A DNA stretch of 63,775 bases, filler included, from Choristocarpus tenellus KU-1152 (GCA_964200185.2; 13 parts of 13 records of this genome joined end to end with filler, not necessarily neighbours in it); one strand, 5' to 3'; shown: positions 51,441 to 63,775, counted from the first letter of the whole stretch. Notes: generated from the sequence alone by a model not told the origin. Made by a program: numbers and translations.

Positions 51441-52594
51441 GTGTGGAAACCCCCAGGCTGGGTACAGAAACAGTAAGTATCATACGACTATTGTAAAATA
51501 TGCTGGATTGAGATGAGACACTTGTAGGCGTTTTTTTGTGTTGACCTTGTACTTGGGGTTTGTGTTAAGGTTAGTGTTAAGGTTAGGATTGGTACTTTTT
51601 AGTGTTAGGGTTAGTGTTAAGGTTAGGATTGGTACTTGTTAGTGTTAGGGCAAGGTTTATTGTACAGTAGCAGAAAAACATTTGAACATTGAAAGAAAAA
51701 AACAGGTTGGTTGATTACTCTGAGGGATTGGAGGAATTCAGTTTTTCCCTGTTGATGGGGTTGGACAGGAAGCACCCGATCAGTTCCTGGAGCAATCTCT
51801 TTTGGCTTTAGAGGATAAGACTTCCAACTCTTTTCATGACACCACAGCAATTTCTTCTAGAGACAGTTTATTATTGCAGTACAGTACTTGTCAGATGAAT
51901 CTGACAAGGCTGTTCTGCGAGATTACTTCCGGAGGTAGGAACAGACGATATATGCTAGCAGAGGGGGTTTTGCATGAGGTGTAGGCGTTGTGAAGTAGCA
52001 TGTTCACATGGGGTATGATGTATTATTTTATTGTTCTTATTGGATACTTCCGAATACTGCCCATGCATGAAAAATATGTATATATGTATATTATATTTTG
52101 TTGTTGCATCCAGATGTGTCCCTCTTCAGTTAGCAAGTGAAGTGTTTTTCTTGAGTGGGGCCGGGGCAGTGGCAGCAGCATATTCTGTAAGTAACTACGA
52201 CATGATTGTTTTTGTATTTTTTAATTTGGATGCTTCAAATCGACCTGATGATTGCAACAACAATCCACCGACTGTTATTGCTGACGTGTATTGGAAGGCG
52301 GTTGTGCGATGAGTGTGAACGGGGCACNNNNNNNNNNNNNNNNNNNNNNNNNNNNNNNNNNNNNNNNNNNNTTAATTAATTAANNNNNNNNNNNNNNNNN
52401 NNNNNNNNNNNNNNNNNNNNNNNNNNNGTGTAACAAACGTTTGCACTTCGTTGAAATATAAGAAGAAATACTCGCTCTATTCGCCTGTAACATTTGCTCT
52501 CTCCATCATCCCCTTGTTCTAATTCTTATAGAGATCCTATGAACCACAAGCTTACTTGCTTTCCTTTCTTTTTGGTGTAAATGGTGCCTGGCAG

Positions 52595-52816
52595 CTCAGA
52601 GGTGAGATGGCAGTCCCGGCACTTATCCAGAGAAACAATTCAATTGACAGAAGTATGGAAGAGGTAGAAAGCGATGAAAGATTCTTCCATTTCGCAAGGA
52701 GGAAGCATATGGATGATTATTACCTACCCAAGATGTGTATGCGGAATGTATCCATGACGAGACCAGTACACAAAGAAAGGGGGATAGGTCCTTGGGTGCT
52801 GTCCTCCTGTGAATGA
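52595..52816 (+). CDS. Possible terminal exon of an unknown gene
   Basis: An acceptor-like GGCAG is followed by a 73-codon open frame (LRGEMAVPALIQRNNS...SSCE*) and an AT-rich downstream region. No motif recognised. Confidence 0.35.
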   Translation, partial: LRGEMAVPALIQRNNSIDRSMEEVESDERFFHFARRKHMDDYYLPKMCMRNVSMTRPVHKERGIGPWVLSSCE

Positions 52817-53331
52817 TCAGAACCCCATGATGCGAAGGGGGTGTTTTGTTAGTTTAGGGGTATAGAACAATCCTGTAGTGGTCCAGTGAAAGGGTGAACG
52901 TTCCATAATCTAGTATTATTTATGAATGTAGTTTGTGAATTGACCATGTGAATTGACCATTTGTGGTTCCATTTTTTATCTTCAATATCTAAATATATAT
53001 TATTATTGAACCTGACCAATTGATAGGTACATCTACCAATATTACTAAAAAAGAACTGACCACCCGATAATTTTAAACAGAAAAGTAGTAGTATTGATAC
53101 AAAGACTACCAAAGAACGCGCGGCTCGCGAGAGGTTGATGGCTCTTCACACAATAAATGGAACATACAACTATTAATGTCAACTACTACTCTTTCGTGAT
53201 TTTTGGTGAGGTAGTATTAATACTCAAGACAAGGTGTGTATTCAAAGGATGTAAGGATCTCTCGTTCGTTGTTGATCCAAGGTGAGAATAGAGAAGTGGG
53301 AAGTAGGAAGTAGAGTGCCAGTTTTATTACC

Positions 53332-56080
53332 ATGTGGCGCGTGCTGGGGAACAACAATGAAGAAGCTGTTGTCGCTCCCAGAAAGCAGCCTACACGAACC
53401 GTTCCAACATCTGCCCCAGTCAGTTCGCCGCGTCGCGCAGTGGTAGCCCCCAAACTTGTGATACTCTGTGGTAGGTATCGGGTGACGGGATTGATGCGGA
53501 AGGGTGCGACAGGGTTTCTCTACAAGGGGGTGATCGTGGCAGAAGATGGAAGTCATTTGGGGAGTCCAGGGAGCGAGGTGGTCCTCAAGGTGGAAGACTG
53601 CGCAGCCCCGAGACGGCAGATGAAGAACGAGTGGCAGGTTAGCGATACACTATCTCAGTGACATCTGGTTCGCTTCTCTGCCATTGAAAGCTGTGGTTTT
53701 GATAGGGTCGAATTTGGTGGTGCTGTTTCCGCAAACAAAGAATGCGAAGGAGATCGAAGATTGGAAAAGGTGGTTTCCTGGATTAATGTCAATACATCCC
53801 CAAAGCTGCCTGCCACATCGCTCCCACCATCGTACTTCTCACAATACACGCAGCCAATAATACCTTTCCCTGCGGAATGAAATAGATGCCAATGCTGAAG
53901 TCCACCTCTCTGGATCGAGGCTAGCCAAAGCTAACCCATTGCCCCTGCGATGGCGTATCGGAGCTCTCGCCCTGCCCTCTCTGAGAGATTTGGCCGAAGC
54001 ATGCTGAAGCTCACAATTTAGTCGTGTATACGCTTGAGTACGCAACAAAGCATCTGTGTGGGAGGGTCCTCACAACAACAGGACAAAGGGGCTCTCAGAC
54101 CGATTCGCCATCACCTGAACCCTCACCACACATGCATCGTCCTGCACCCAATCCCAGGTCTACCAAGCCCTTAAAACCCAGCGAATCTCGACCCAGGATT
54201 CTTCCACACCCCTACCCCCCCTTGGAGTAGGGGGATTCCCAAGGGCAGAGTTCGACACAGCTGACGTTCCCTTGGAGCTCCTGACAAATCTTGGCTTCCC
54301 TTCCCTAACTGGTGACGGTCCCCTCTCAAGCAACGGAGCTGTCGAGGGCGGTAGGGTGGGCATCCGAAGCATTGGGAATGGAGGGCTACTGACGGAGACG
54401 ATGGGAGCTATAGCAGAGGAAGGACAAGAAGGGTGCCGACCTATGAACATCCTGGCCATGGAATGCTTGGGGGAGAACCTGGCTACACTGGCAAAAGCCT
54501 GTAGAGGTGGGTGCTTCACACTGCAGACCACCCTGCGACTGGGGGTACAGATGGTTGGACTGCTTCGGATGCTCCACAGTGCTGGATATGTTCATCGAGA
54601 TATCAAGCCGGAGAACTTTTGTGTGGTGAGAGGATGTTCCCTACTACTGCCTTTTGACAAGCGATTTTTATACCTCTTTGTAGTTTTCAAGCCACAGATG
54701 AATTAAAGGTGATATTACATTGTCGTATCGGTGTGCAAATTTGTGCATTCTTGGTACATCAATATATCCCGTTCCTGATGTTTTTGCTTTGAAAAGTTGT
54801 TGCCCTCATGGGAGGGAGGGCAATAGGTTGGGAACTGATAAGATTTGGAGCGTCACAGAACAGTAGTACTCATGAAGACCATATTGCAAACACTCTCCCC
54901 CTATATGAGAACGATATGATACTGTAGTGCTTACTGTATTGCCAGTATTATGCCTGTGCATTATCAAATTAATATACCTCGTGGCATGCCGATCAACTCG
55001 TCAGTGGAACCCATAACCTGAACCATTGTTAGTTGACACCATCTGCGGTGCTGACAATGGGAAAACATCTCCTAGTATAGGTCTCATGAATGGAATCGCG
55101 GTTTAATATTCGCCAGTGGCAGAAGACTGACTTGTTTCATCAAGCATCTGCTGTGACACTAGACTTGTGGAATGTTATATTTTGAAGAATTTTGGAGTTC
55201 ATCTTCTCGCTTCCTCATTATAATATGTCCTCATTGATGAAGCCTTTGTGCTTGCTCTCAGTAGTATTTTTTTTGTTTCTTTCTGGAGTAACGTGTAGCT
55301 GGGGGAGTGGGGCCTATGGTTTTGATGTCAACTTTCCTCTGAGAGACTGGGATCACCCCTCCATGACATGTCGTTGTACCCCATTTTAAACCTTTACACA
55401 GTCCTTCCTTTTACCTCCCCACCTACCCCCAGACTCTTCTGATTCCCTCATGACTTCTCATCCTTTCCCCTCATTTATGTTGACCAAAGGGTCGTGGATC
55501 GGAGGCAGATAACGTGTTTCTCATTGACTACGGTCTAGCTTGTCCTGTCGAGGCCGGGAGGTCAAAAGGCACTGAGGCGAAGAGTTGTAGCACCAGCGCA
55601 GGCGTGACTAGCTCAACAATTGAAAAAGAAAGAACGAGGGCATCATCAGGGGTTGAGAGTGCTCCACCCCCAGGCTCACCGCAGCAAGTTAGAGCTGTTG
55701 CTGCTGTTTCTGAAGGAGGTAGCGATGGTGGTCTTTGCAGACGGGGAGGAGCAACTGGCAACAAGGATGAGAACCCAGCAGCACCGAGGTCATTGACCAC
55801 TGTTGGAGAGTTAGGGCATATGCGGGGAGGCAGGGGGCAAGGAGGAGAAACACCTACAGCAGTTGCAGGGAGACCTAATGACTTGCGGTCTAGAGGAGAT
55901 GGAGTTGTTGGAGAAGGAGGCGAAGGTGGTGTGGGTGGTTCGGGAGATGGTATTCATCCAGGCCCTTCCAATCTTGTGGGGAGTGTTCGGTACCTGAGCA
56001 TTTTAGCTCACCGAGGTGGGCGTCAAACCCGACATTGCGACCTTGAGAGTCTGGGCTATGTAATGTTGTATCTTGTACGG
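53332..56080 (+). CDS. Divergent casein kinase 1 family Ser/Thr kinase, 3' partial
   Basis: Phase-0 exons 53332-53637, 54158-54625 and 55490-56080. Product: GRYRV...EVVLKVE...QMKNEWQ|VYQAL...GFP...NILAMECLGENL...FTLQTTLRLGVQM...VHRDIKPENFCV|G...VFLIDYGLA...GSVRYLSILAH...DLESLGYVMLYLVR. These are CK1 signatures (LGxxL, HRDIKPENF, GTxRYxS, DLESLGY, no APE motif). Confidence 0.92.
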
Positions 56081-56119
56081 GTAAGTGCTCTTGGTTTAGC
56101 ATTGGGAAAAGCAGGGGAT

Positions 56120-56157
<38 letters not shown>

Positions 56158-56297
56158 ATTTTTTTTGTGGTTTTTTGTGTTTTGTTGCGGGGGGGGGGGT
56201 TTTTTTTTTTTTTTTTTGTTTTTTTCAACNNNNNNNNNNTAGTTATGAGGGGTTGTGTGTGGGGAGGGGGTTGAGTTCAGTGTTTGATAAGGTGGGG

Positions 56298-56347
<50 letters not shown>

Positions 56348-57138
56348 CTTGTCGAGTAGCCTGTAATATTTGTAGATGTTATGTGGATTTCCATGCAGGA
56401 GAGGTCCTTGTTTTATTTTTTGGCAATTTGTCAGCAACTCTAGATTCGTCACATATGTGGGCTACTGTCTACTGTACTCATTAGTCTATCAGTGGGGAGG
56501 ATGAAGACTACATTGTATGTAAAGATGGTGGCAGTTGTGATGTGTCAGGGCAAGGGACCATGAGTTGACAAGGAGAAGAAGGAGGAGCTTGGTAGGACGA
56601 GCCTTGTGCGCGCATGTGTGTGTTATTTTGTGTGTACTTGTGGTGCAAACAACTACTGTTTGATTTGCTGCGCCACAATTAATGTGCATTTGGTGTGTTT
56701 ATGAGTGGTACCTGTGCCTGTATCCACATTTGCATGCTTAACGTTAGTTGTACGTCCTTTCATGCCTTTGGTTTTTGCTTGTAGTATTGAATACCCCCCC
56801 CCCCCCCCCCCCCCTCTCTTTCTTATTCTGCTAAATACATACAAAGTTGTTCTTTTCTGATAGCTNNNNNNNNNNNNNNNNNNNNNNNNNNNNNNNNNNN
56901 NNNNNNNNNTTAATTAATTAANNNNNNNNNNNNNNNNNNNNNNNNNNNNNNNNNNNNNNNNNNNNCGTCTCTTCATTACTAAATTGTTTCTTCTACAGAA
57001 TCTTCTTTTACACATGAATAAAAACCATATTCTTAACACAGAGTCATAAACGTATTTTTCGAAAATATTAGTCAGTTTGTATACATACACGCACCACATA
57101 CAACGGATTCGATAGAAGTAACTGTAAACGCACCTTAG

Positions 57139-57191
57139 GGTTTAAATAAACCCTAAACCACTAAAGATCGTGTTTAGGGTTTATTTAAACC
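57139..57191. repeat. Perfect 20-bp inverted repeat with 13-nt loop
   Basis: GGTTTAAATAAACCCTAAAC (57139-57158) is the exact reverse complement of GTTTAGGGTTTATTTAAACC (57172-57191). Confidence 0.9.
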
Positions 57192-57586
57192 ATAATCATG
57201 GTCTTTACGGGTCTCAAACGTTTCAATACAGAAACGTAAGAGCCGCTTCTTTATGCTACATATGGACATATCCCGGGCCCTTCCAAGTGCAAAAAGAGTT
57301 GCAAAAAAAAACCTTTCGGTACTTTTTCAAGACCGTTTTTGCAGAACATCCTCATAGCCCTGCTCCATCCTCAATTTTTAAAATCCACTGTTCTGTTGCT
57401 CTTGCCAATCAAGGACTGCACTTAAGCAGTATTTTATCGACCAAGTTGGGGGATCGGTCCACTTCTCTCCGGATACATTGATTATCTCGTTGGGTTGGGA
57501 CGAAGTCCGAAACGAGGAAACAGCATGGGAGGGGGTGACCGAGTCAATAAAAAAAAATCTTCTGCAAATCTTTCCACGACGTTCAA

Positions 57587-57765
57587 GGGGGCATTGGAAC
57601 ATTATTATCAGGACACAACTCTTATTATGTGGGCACATACATTTCGAGGGAAACGCCATTCTACGGTGTGGGCCAAGGTGGGGGCATTGGAACATGATTA
57701 TCAGGGCGCAACTCTTATGTGGGCACATTTCGAGGGAAGCGCCATTCCACGGAATGGGCCAAGGT
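57587..57765. repeat. Diverged tandem duplication of about 90 bp
   Basis: GGGGGCATTGGAACAT.ATTATCAGG.C.CAACTCTT...CATTTCGAGGGAA.CGCCATTC.ACGG..TGGGCCAAGGT occurs at 57587-57679 and 57680-57765. Confidence 0.9.
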
Positions 57766-58868
57766 CTAAAAATATAATGTTTTACTTCGCCTTGAAGATG
57801 TTTCCTCAAACATTCCACTCGACGACCATCTATATTTTAAAATCGATGTTGAGTGGGATTGAGTGGGGTGTAGTGTGATTTAAACATGCCGTTCAGAGAA
57901 AAAACAAACGAAGTCTTCTTCTCCAAAACCTGTAATTGCCGAACCAGTGAGGACTCTCAAACAAAGTGGAATATCTAAAACGATTCCCTTCAGATGTTGG
58001 ACGTGAGTGCGAGACATCGCTACTGTTGTCGACAGGTCCTACATAATCAGCAGAGTGTCTACAAGCCTGATGCTTCAAGAGATCCTGAAGCCATTCGGGC
58101 AACGAGGCGTTTGTTCTCGCGCATTTGTTGACTTGGTGCGCAATGAATGTGGGGATAGCATCGCCGAACTGAGCCTGCAAAGTGGCCACCTCACACGCAG
58201 TTGAACGTAGGGGAGAGGCAGGACTGTTCTAGAGAATGACACGGTGAGTGTCACGGTCGCCCGAGCTGATACCATGCTCAAAGGTCGACGACACGGTTCC
58301 GGTACGACCACGACGATCTGTGGGGAAATATGGGGGGAACTCGTCTGCGATCAGCATTTGTTGTGCTATTTGGCGATGTGGACGAGTGACTGGACGAATC
58401 GGAATCATGGTTTGTTGAGGATTCCATGTCCTCTACTGACTTGTGTTCATGAACCTGTTCCTCTGCCTATCTTGATTCCTCCAGATGTTGAGCCCGACGC
58501 TCTTATTGACGACGTTTTCTTCTTAATCTTGCGTTCAGCATGTTTTGTCAATGGTCAAGTAAAAAAATTACCCCTTACCCTGTCTCTGAGGATACTGGTG
58601 TCGCCAATATGAACCTTGTGATTCTGTGGAGGCGTGGTCCACAAGGATGGTGAAGAGAATCACCGGGCAAGACAAACAGTAACTGAGAGGACGAACAGTA
58701 ACCGAGAGGTCGAGGTTAAGATTGGACAAGTGCAAGACTGCAAGGACTTGGAGGAAATTGTGCAGTGATGAGAATCTTACGAGAGGAGGATCATCACAAA
58801 AGTCCAGACTTTACAAAGAGAATCCTTGATGTGTGACATCGTTGTAGGATTGATCTCTTGAAAGATTC

Positions 58869-59127
58869 GAGTCAATGTATCTTAGAGGGTAGAGTCGCGT
58901 CCTTTTGGGGGCAAAAACCCAATGTTGCGATTTTGATGTAATTTTGGGTATCATGCTTGTTAGGAAGTGTAAATATGCTTGTTCCGGGCACACCTTTTCA
59001 TAAGGTAGACATTTTATCTGCTCCAAAACATTTGGGAGTAGAAAAATGTCATTGAAAAACCCGTGGGAAGCCAAGCCCCAAATGGACAAACAGGGCAAAC
59101 TTCGTACCCTCTAAGATACTTTCACTC
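58869..59127 (+). mobile_element. MITE family B, complete copy, TSD ATTC
   Basis: attc|GAGTCAATGTATCTTAGAGGGTA...TACCCTCTAAGATACTTTCACTC|attc. Confidence 0.92.
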
Positions 59128-59375
59128 ATTCAATACATCAATTATTCTTTGTGATATGCCTTCTGACATTTTACAGATGTGTCAGGGGGAAAAACCAATG
59201 AAAACTATATTCACATGTCAGAAAATCCATAAAAAAGTAACAGTTGTCATAAATGTGAAAAAAAATTTACTATTTTACTACTACCTATTATGCTGTACCA
59301 CTCTGCCTTCCTGTGGCTCCAACCTAGCTTATTCCTGTATCCCAGGGTGAGGACCTAGGGAAGCATCCCAAGAAT

Positions 59376-59650
59376 CTAACAAGCCCCTCCTTGCCCATCT
59401 CCCTGGTGTCTCCAGCCTAAAATGCATGACACGCCAAGACAGGGACACCTGCATTGTGGCAGAGACTCTTTGTCGTAGGCGGGATTTGACTGTCCCTTCC
59501 CTGGTGTAGCCTCAATCCCTATCCCCCCTACCGCGTGCATAGCTAGCTCATCCAGGAAACTTTCCGCTTGCTTACCGAGGCGCCCAAAACTTTCCACCGC
59601 GAAGGTGTTGAGGTTGTAACTATGAGGATTAAAAGAGCCCTCGTAATGGA
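59376..59650 (-). mobile_element. C-terminal (restriction-like endonuclease region) fragment of a CRE/R2-type non-LTR retrotransposon
   Basis: HYEGSFNPHSYNLNTFAVESFGRLGKQAESFLDELA matches the KY....PxxxExxGxxG...FL..L motif that follows the RLE catalytic core. Confidence 0.7.
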
Positions 59651-60359
59651 TGGTTATTCGTAAGATCCTCCGCTGAGATCGGGGATTCCTGACAAGGAAA
59701 TCTCAAGCGGTATAACGGTATATGCCATTCCGCAATAACGGTATATTCACAGACAAACCTGCTTTCCACACATCCTTAAAATGCAACTCTGAGTAACTCT
59801 CGTCTACTTTGACTCTGTCCCAGTAGTAACAGCAGCAGGAAGGAGTAGTAGTAAAAAATAATTATAGCATGGTTTCCCCCTGACACATCTGCAAAATGTC
59901 AGAGGGCATAATAATATAAAATAATTATAGCATTAAATAGGGCTACTAGAAGAGTAGTAGCTATGGTGTGTATTGTTATATGTACTGTGTAGTAGTAGTA
60001 TAGTCTACTACTGTATGTAGTAGATGGTATTATTGGTTTATAAATAGCACAAGGAGGGAACAGAGAGCTGGTTGAGTAACAATTAACAGTTACTTAAGTG
60101 GCTCCTTTTGTCGGTGATGCAACAAAAAAAATAGCAAAATTAAAATAATAAAAGTAAAAATAATATGCTTCAAAAGTACATATATTTTTTGTCCAATGAC
60201 CAATTGAGGTATTGTCACAAGTATTTATCTGTTCAAGAACCAAGGAGGTTTGACCAGGATGATAATTGTAGTATTATTGTGATTGTGGTGGTGACCATAC
60301 ATACATATATACATAATATATATGTATGAACCTCGCTCCCATAGCCACAATATATCCAA

Positions 60360-60830
60360 CTGCATTGAGTAAAACTACTTTCCAGATTTCGCAAACAGGA
60401 ACTCGCCGATCATACACAGTGCTTTAAAGAAAACATAGATGGACTTGTTGCAAAGGCTGGGTGTGAGAATATCGAGGCGAGTGCGGTAAAATAAAGGTTC
60501 CTATTTGTAGGGAAGGTGCATGCATGGAGGATGGGTGAGTTCTCATCAACAATAAATGAAGTGCTGGTGTTTGGCGAGCTTGCAAATAGAAGATGGAAAG
60601 CGGAGGCAAGGCGGACAAGAAGAGAACGACCAACTGGTGGATGTGCCTGCACAACCTTAGGAAGAAATAGTTTGGGATCACAAAGAGTGAGTAGTTGAGG
60701 AATGGAGCACAAAGACGGGCAACCAACAGAGAGAAGTGGTATGATATTAGAGTTGATGATATGGCGAGCTTCATGACAGAGTAGCATTCCGAGGAAGCCA
60801 ACAGTTGTGGAAGATACATGTCATGCTAAA
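60360..60830 (+). mobile_element. Decayed 3' end of an RTE-like LINE ORF
   Basis: RFRKQELADH...KAGCENIEASAVK*RFLFVGKVHAWRM...VLVFGEL...WMCL...FGI resembles the RTE C-terminal SIE...RRLxxxGHVxRM...xxFGEL...GR...W pattern. Confidence 0.6.
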
Positions 60831-61083
60831 ATAAAGCAAATAAGAAGACAACCCAAGCAACTGGCCCAAAGTACCCGGGGGGAGGGGGTGGCGGCTGTCC
60901 ATTTGGGGTCAATTTTTTCATNNNNNNNNNNNNNNNNNNNNNNNNNNNNNNNNNNNNNNNNNNNNTTAATTAATTAANNNNNNNNNNNNNNNNNNNNNNN
61001 NNNNNNNNNNNNNNNNNNNNNGATTTTGGTCCAAATGGACACCCAAGTGTAGACCCCCCCCCCCCTCCCAGATACTTTGGGTC

Positions 61084-63064
61084 TCTCCTCCCTCTCCATT
61101 TTGGCAGTCTCCTTGGCAGCAGCAATCTGTGCACAAAAGGATCTCCTCTCTCGTTCCCGCAAAAGACGGTGCCCATCAATCTCGAGCATGGGGGATTGCT
61201 GTGTAGGCAGGGTAGTTGATTTAATCCCAGGACAAGAGAAACCAAGGCATTCGCAGAGTAGGAGAAGGATTGGATGGGCAGCGGAAGGGCTGATGGCATG
61301 TGGGGTTCCAGAAAATATTATAGTGGTGAGGTGGCAAATTTTGACCTAGCTCTTTTCTCTCCACTTTCATTACTTGTGAGTCGAGACAAACCATCAGTGT
61401 GTGCACAAGAAGTATGGCCTGGTAAGATGCTGCATTGAGCCTGTAGTCACCCTGTAACATCCCTTGACCCTTCTAGCATACAATACACTCTGGAGTATAT
61501 TGCATACAGAATTTGGTATTTCTTTATCTTTGATTGTATCAATATCGCTCTTGACAAGAAAAGGCCAGGTGGAAAAAGAGTGGGAAGGGGGGGAGAAGGG
61601 AGCGAGGTTTAATCTGCTCTCACCTCTCGGAGCACCGAAGCTTCCTCCTGTCTTACCAGAGCCTCTGTGGCCACCCTCAGCTCATCGTCCTGGCTCACCA
61701 GCCTGACGATATAATCAAAAGTCAAGGTCAGGGAAAGATGGGCATTGTGGGGAAGATGGGAAGTGATGACAGAGACAGCCACCAAGCTGGTGTTTGGGTC
61801 GACAGAGATCAGCTGGAATTCATATCATTGCTCTCTCAACTCTACTTTGCGCATGGCACTGGTACCTCATGTTGTGGACATGCGTTACCAATATTTCTAT
61901 GCTGTGAAGAATGAATTCAAACCTCAATTGAGAGTGGTATTTTGAGGGGGTGTACACGTATACCACCAATCCAAATACAAAGTGTGAACAAAAAACATCA
62001 ATTTCTCCATTACAACACTGGTCAACGCCAAACTCACCTCCGGATGACCGCCCTCCTTGCCAACCATCCTCGAACCCTAGCCTGCACTGTGGCAGCTGCA
62101 GGCCTCAACTCAACCAGCAGTTTTTTAGCCGCTCTCTGCCTCACAACCACCTGACCACAGGTTAGGAGTTTGGAGGAGGAGGGCGACTGGTCGTGAGGGC
62201 TTGTTTGAAGTTAGCAACAATAGCAATCGCTTGGGAGAAGGACCCTGGACATGTTGAGGATTGTTGTAAGGCGTCCTCCTGTGAGGTAAGCAAGATCCAG
62301 TTGTTTTGGACCGACCAAATACTCCAACAATCAACACCTTTGATATTGTCAATTCATACTACCTCAAACACACTGCGATATTCAGATGCGTCTATATCCC
62401 AACCAATCCACACACTTCACATTGTGATTGTGTAGTACACCTCACCCAGCACAATGTTGCTATCAATAACAATGTAAAATTGTTACAAGGTCTTGCTCAG
62501 GAACGAATCTACCATCTTCTAGATTTCACTTCTCTCATACAGATAGTCAGATCTCTCTCTTCTCTATGAAGAATTCTTCCAGTACTCTAGAACACACCGT
62601 ACTGGCACTTCATCTCGTTGCCCATCTCCACATTCCACTCTACAATTTCTACCTCTTCTCCCTCACATGATAACCAGCCCCCGTTTCTCCTACTAACCAA
62701 CCTCCAAACACAGGTCAACCACACCCTCACCCTGCCACATTCCCCCCCCAACAACGAGCATACCTGTACCAATTGCCACTGGCCACCCATACCTGGATAG
62801 TGGTAGCTGCATCCTCTCTTTGTTGGATGATTTGAGCTTCATGCCTACACAAGCGAAGAGACAGTGAGGTGTATGCTGGTTATTGCCACTATATGCTGGA
62901 GTATATGATGTCACTACTATAAGCATTTGTTTGGAATAGATGGCGGATCCGCAGACTCACCCCTCCTCCCCTGGTACATGTACAGAAACTACACGCCCTT
63001 ACTACAACAAAATGAGTTTTACCTGAATCGTTGCTTTGTCAACTCTCGCATTATCCCCAGCCCT
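61084..63064 (-). CDS. Multi-exon IQ-motif protein fragment with short exons, partial
   Basis: Exons 62844-62793, 62150-62038 and 61702-61624 join in phase: HEAQIIQQREDAATTIQ|VVVRQRAAKKLLVELRPAAATVQARVRGWLARRAVIRR|LVSQDDELRV..., giving two IQ motifs. Further candidate exons near 63064-63023, 61451-61346 and 61198-61084 are less certain. Confidence 0.6.
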
Positions 63065-63775
63065 ACAAAGAAACAAGTAATACTCACGAAACTGAGTTTT
63101 GTGTGTGTGCATACCCTACCCTGCACATGATGCCAAACAAGTACCACGAGATGGCAATCATCGATCAAGCCCTGTCCCGAATTGAGATGTTTGCAGCAGT
63201 GGTGTTCATTAGTACACATCCTGCACCATTATCCGTACATGTACACACCCGTTCACATCTACACACCCGAAGTAGCTGGAGGTTGAACTGGAATGGATCA
63301 TACAGTCCTAAGTATCTAGCAAATATCAATATTTCGAAATGAATACTAACGCACAAAGTTTTGTACTGCACATACTGATGATAACGTCAATGATTTCAAA
63401 AATGTTCAATATATTATATTATTATGCCCTCTGACATTTTGCAGATGTGTCAGGGGAAAACCAATGAAAACTGTATACATATNNNNNNNNNNCTTCACCA
63501 CTATCAAATATTGTACTACTGTCGTCCTTATCTTCCCATCTACCTATTCCTGTGCCTCTGGTTCAATATATCAGATGAATAAACGTGTTTAATGCTCAAC
63601 AGTAGTAAGTACAACACAAAGTAATTCTGATATAGAAACAAACAAACAAAATTACGAATATGCATTGTAAATAATAATAATACAGGTAGTAGGTATAGAA
63701 TAAAAATCCAGGAGGAACCGCAACGACCTGTCGCCATAAAAAACGATACATATGGGCTCAAAGTATCTGGGGGGG

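Noticed and set aside
55890-56484. Poly-Pro and poly-Gly ORFs
   Set aside because: They derive from low-quality G and T homopolymer runs around a 10-N gap in a CK1 intron.
57893-58860. CpG-rich coding-like stretch, possible LTR gag relic
   Set aside because: No zinc knuckle, protease or other diagnostic motif could be read.

Overview
Eukaryotic, intron-rich nuclear DNA, most likely a brown alga or close stramenopile relative (inferred from gene families, not from a search). The window is not one locus. It is 13 short contigs joined by artificial 100-bp spacers (44N-TTAATTAATTAA-44N), so adjacency across spacers means nothing. Spliced genes reconstructed by hand from splice sites, phase continuity and motifs: 3' part of D-lactate dehydrogenase (LDHD) convergent with the 3' part of lipase maturation factor (LMF1); a near-intronless protein with at least 17 ankyrin repeats; a coiled-coil protein; a gene built from three tandem PAH1-like exons; two IQ-motif proteins; a putative type II glycosyltransferase with a duplicated Cys module and an in-frame TGA; ARL2BP head-to-head with MICU1; and a divergent casein kinase 1 with large insertions. 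Mobile DNA: decayed CRE-like and RTE-like non-LTR retrotransposons, a DDE transposase fragment, and two related MITE families with 4-bp TSDs (Sola2-like), one of which sits at 12 contig or window ends. No CRISPR array, RNA gene or Fanzor/TnpB-like ORF was seen. I found no unambiguous new multi-gene system. The best leads are the PAH exon array, the DARPin-like ankyrin array, the two-tier MITE system, the Cys-module glycosyltransferase, and strong CpG depletion that suggests gene-body methylation.
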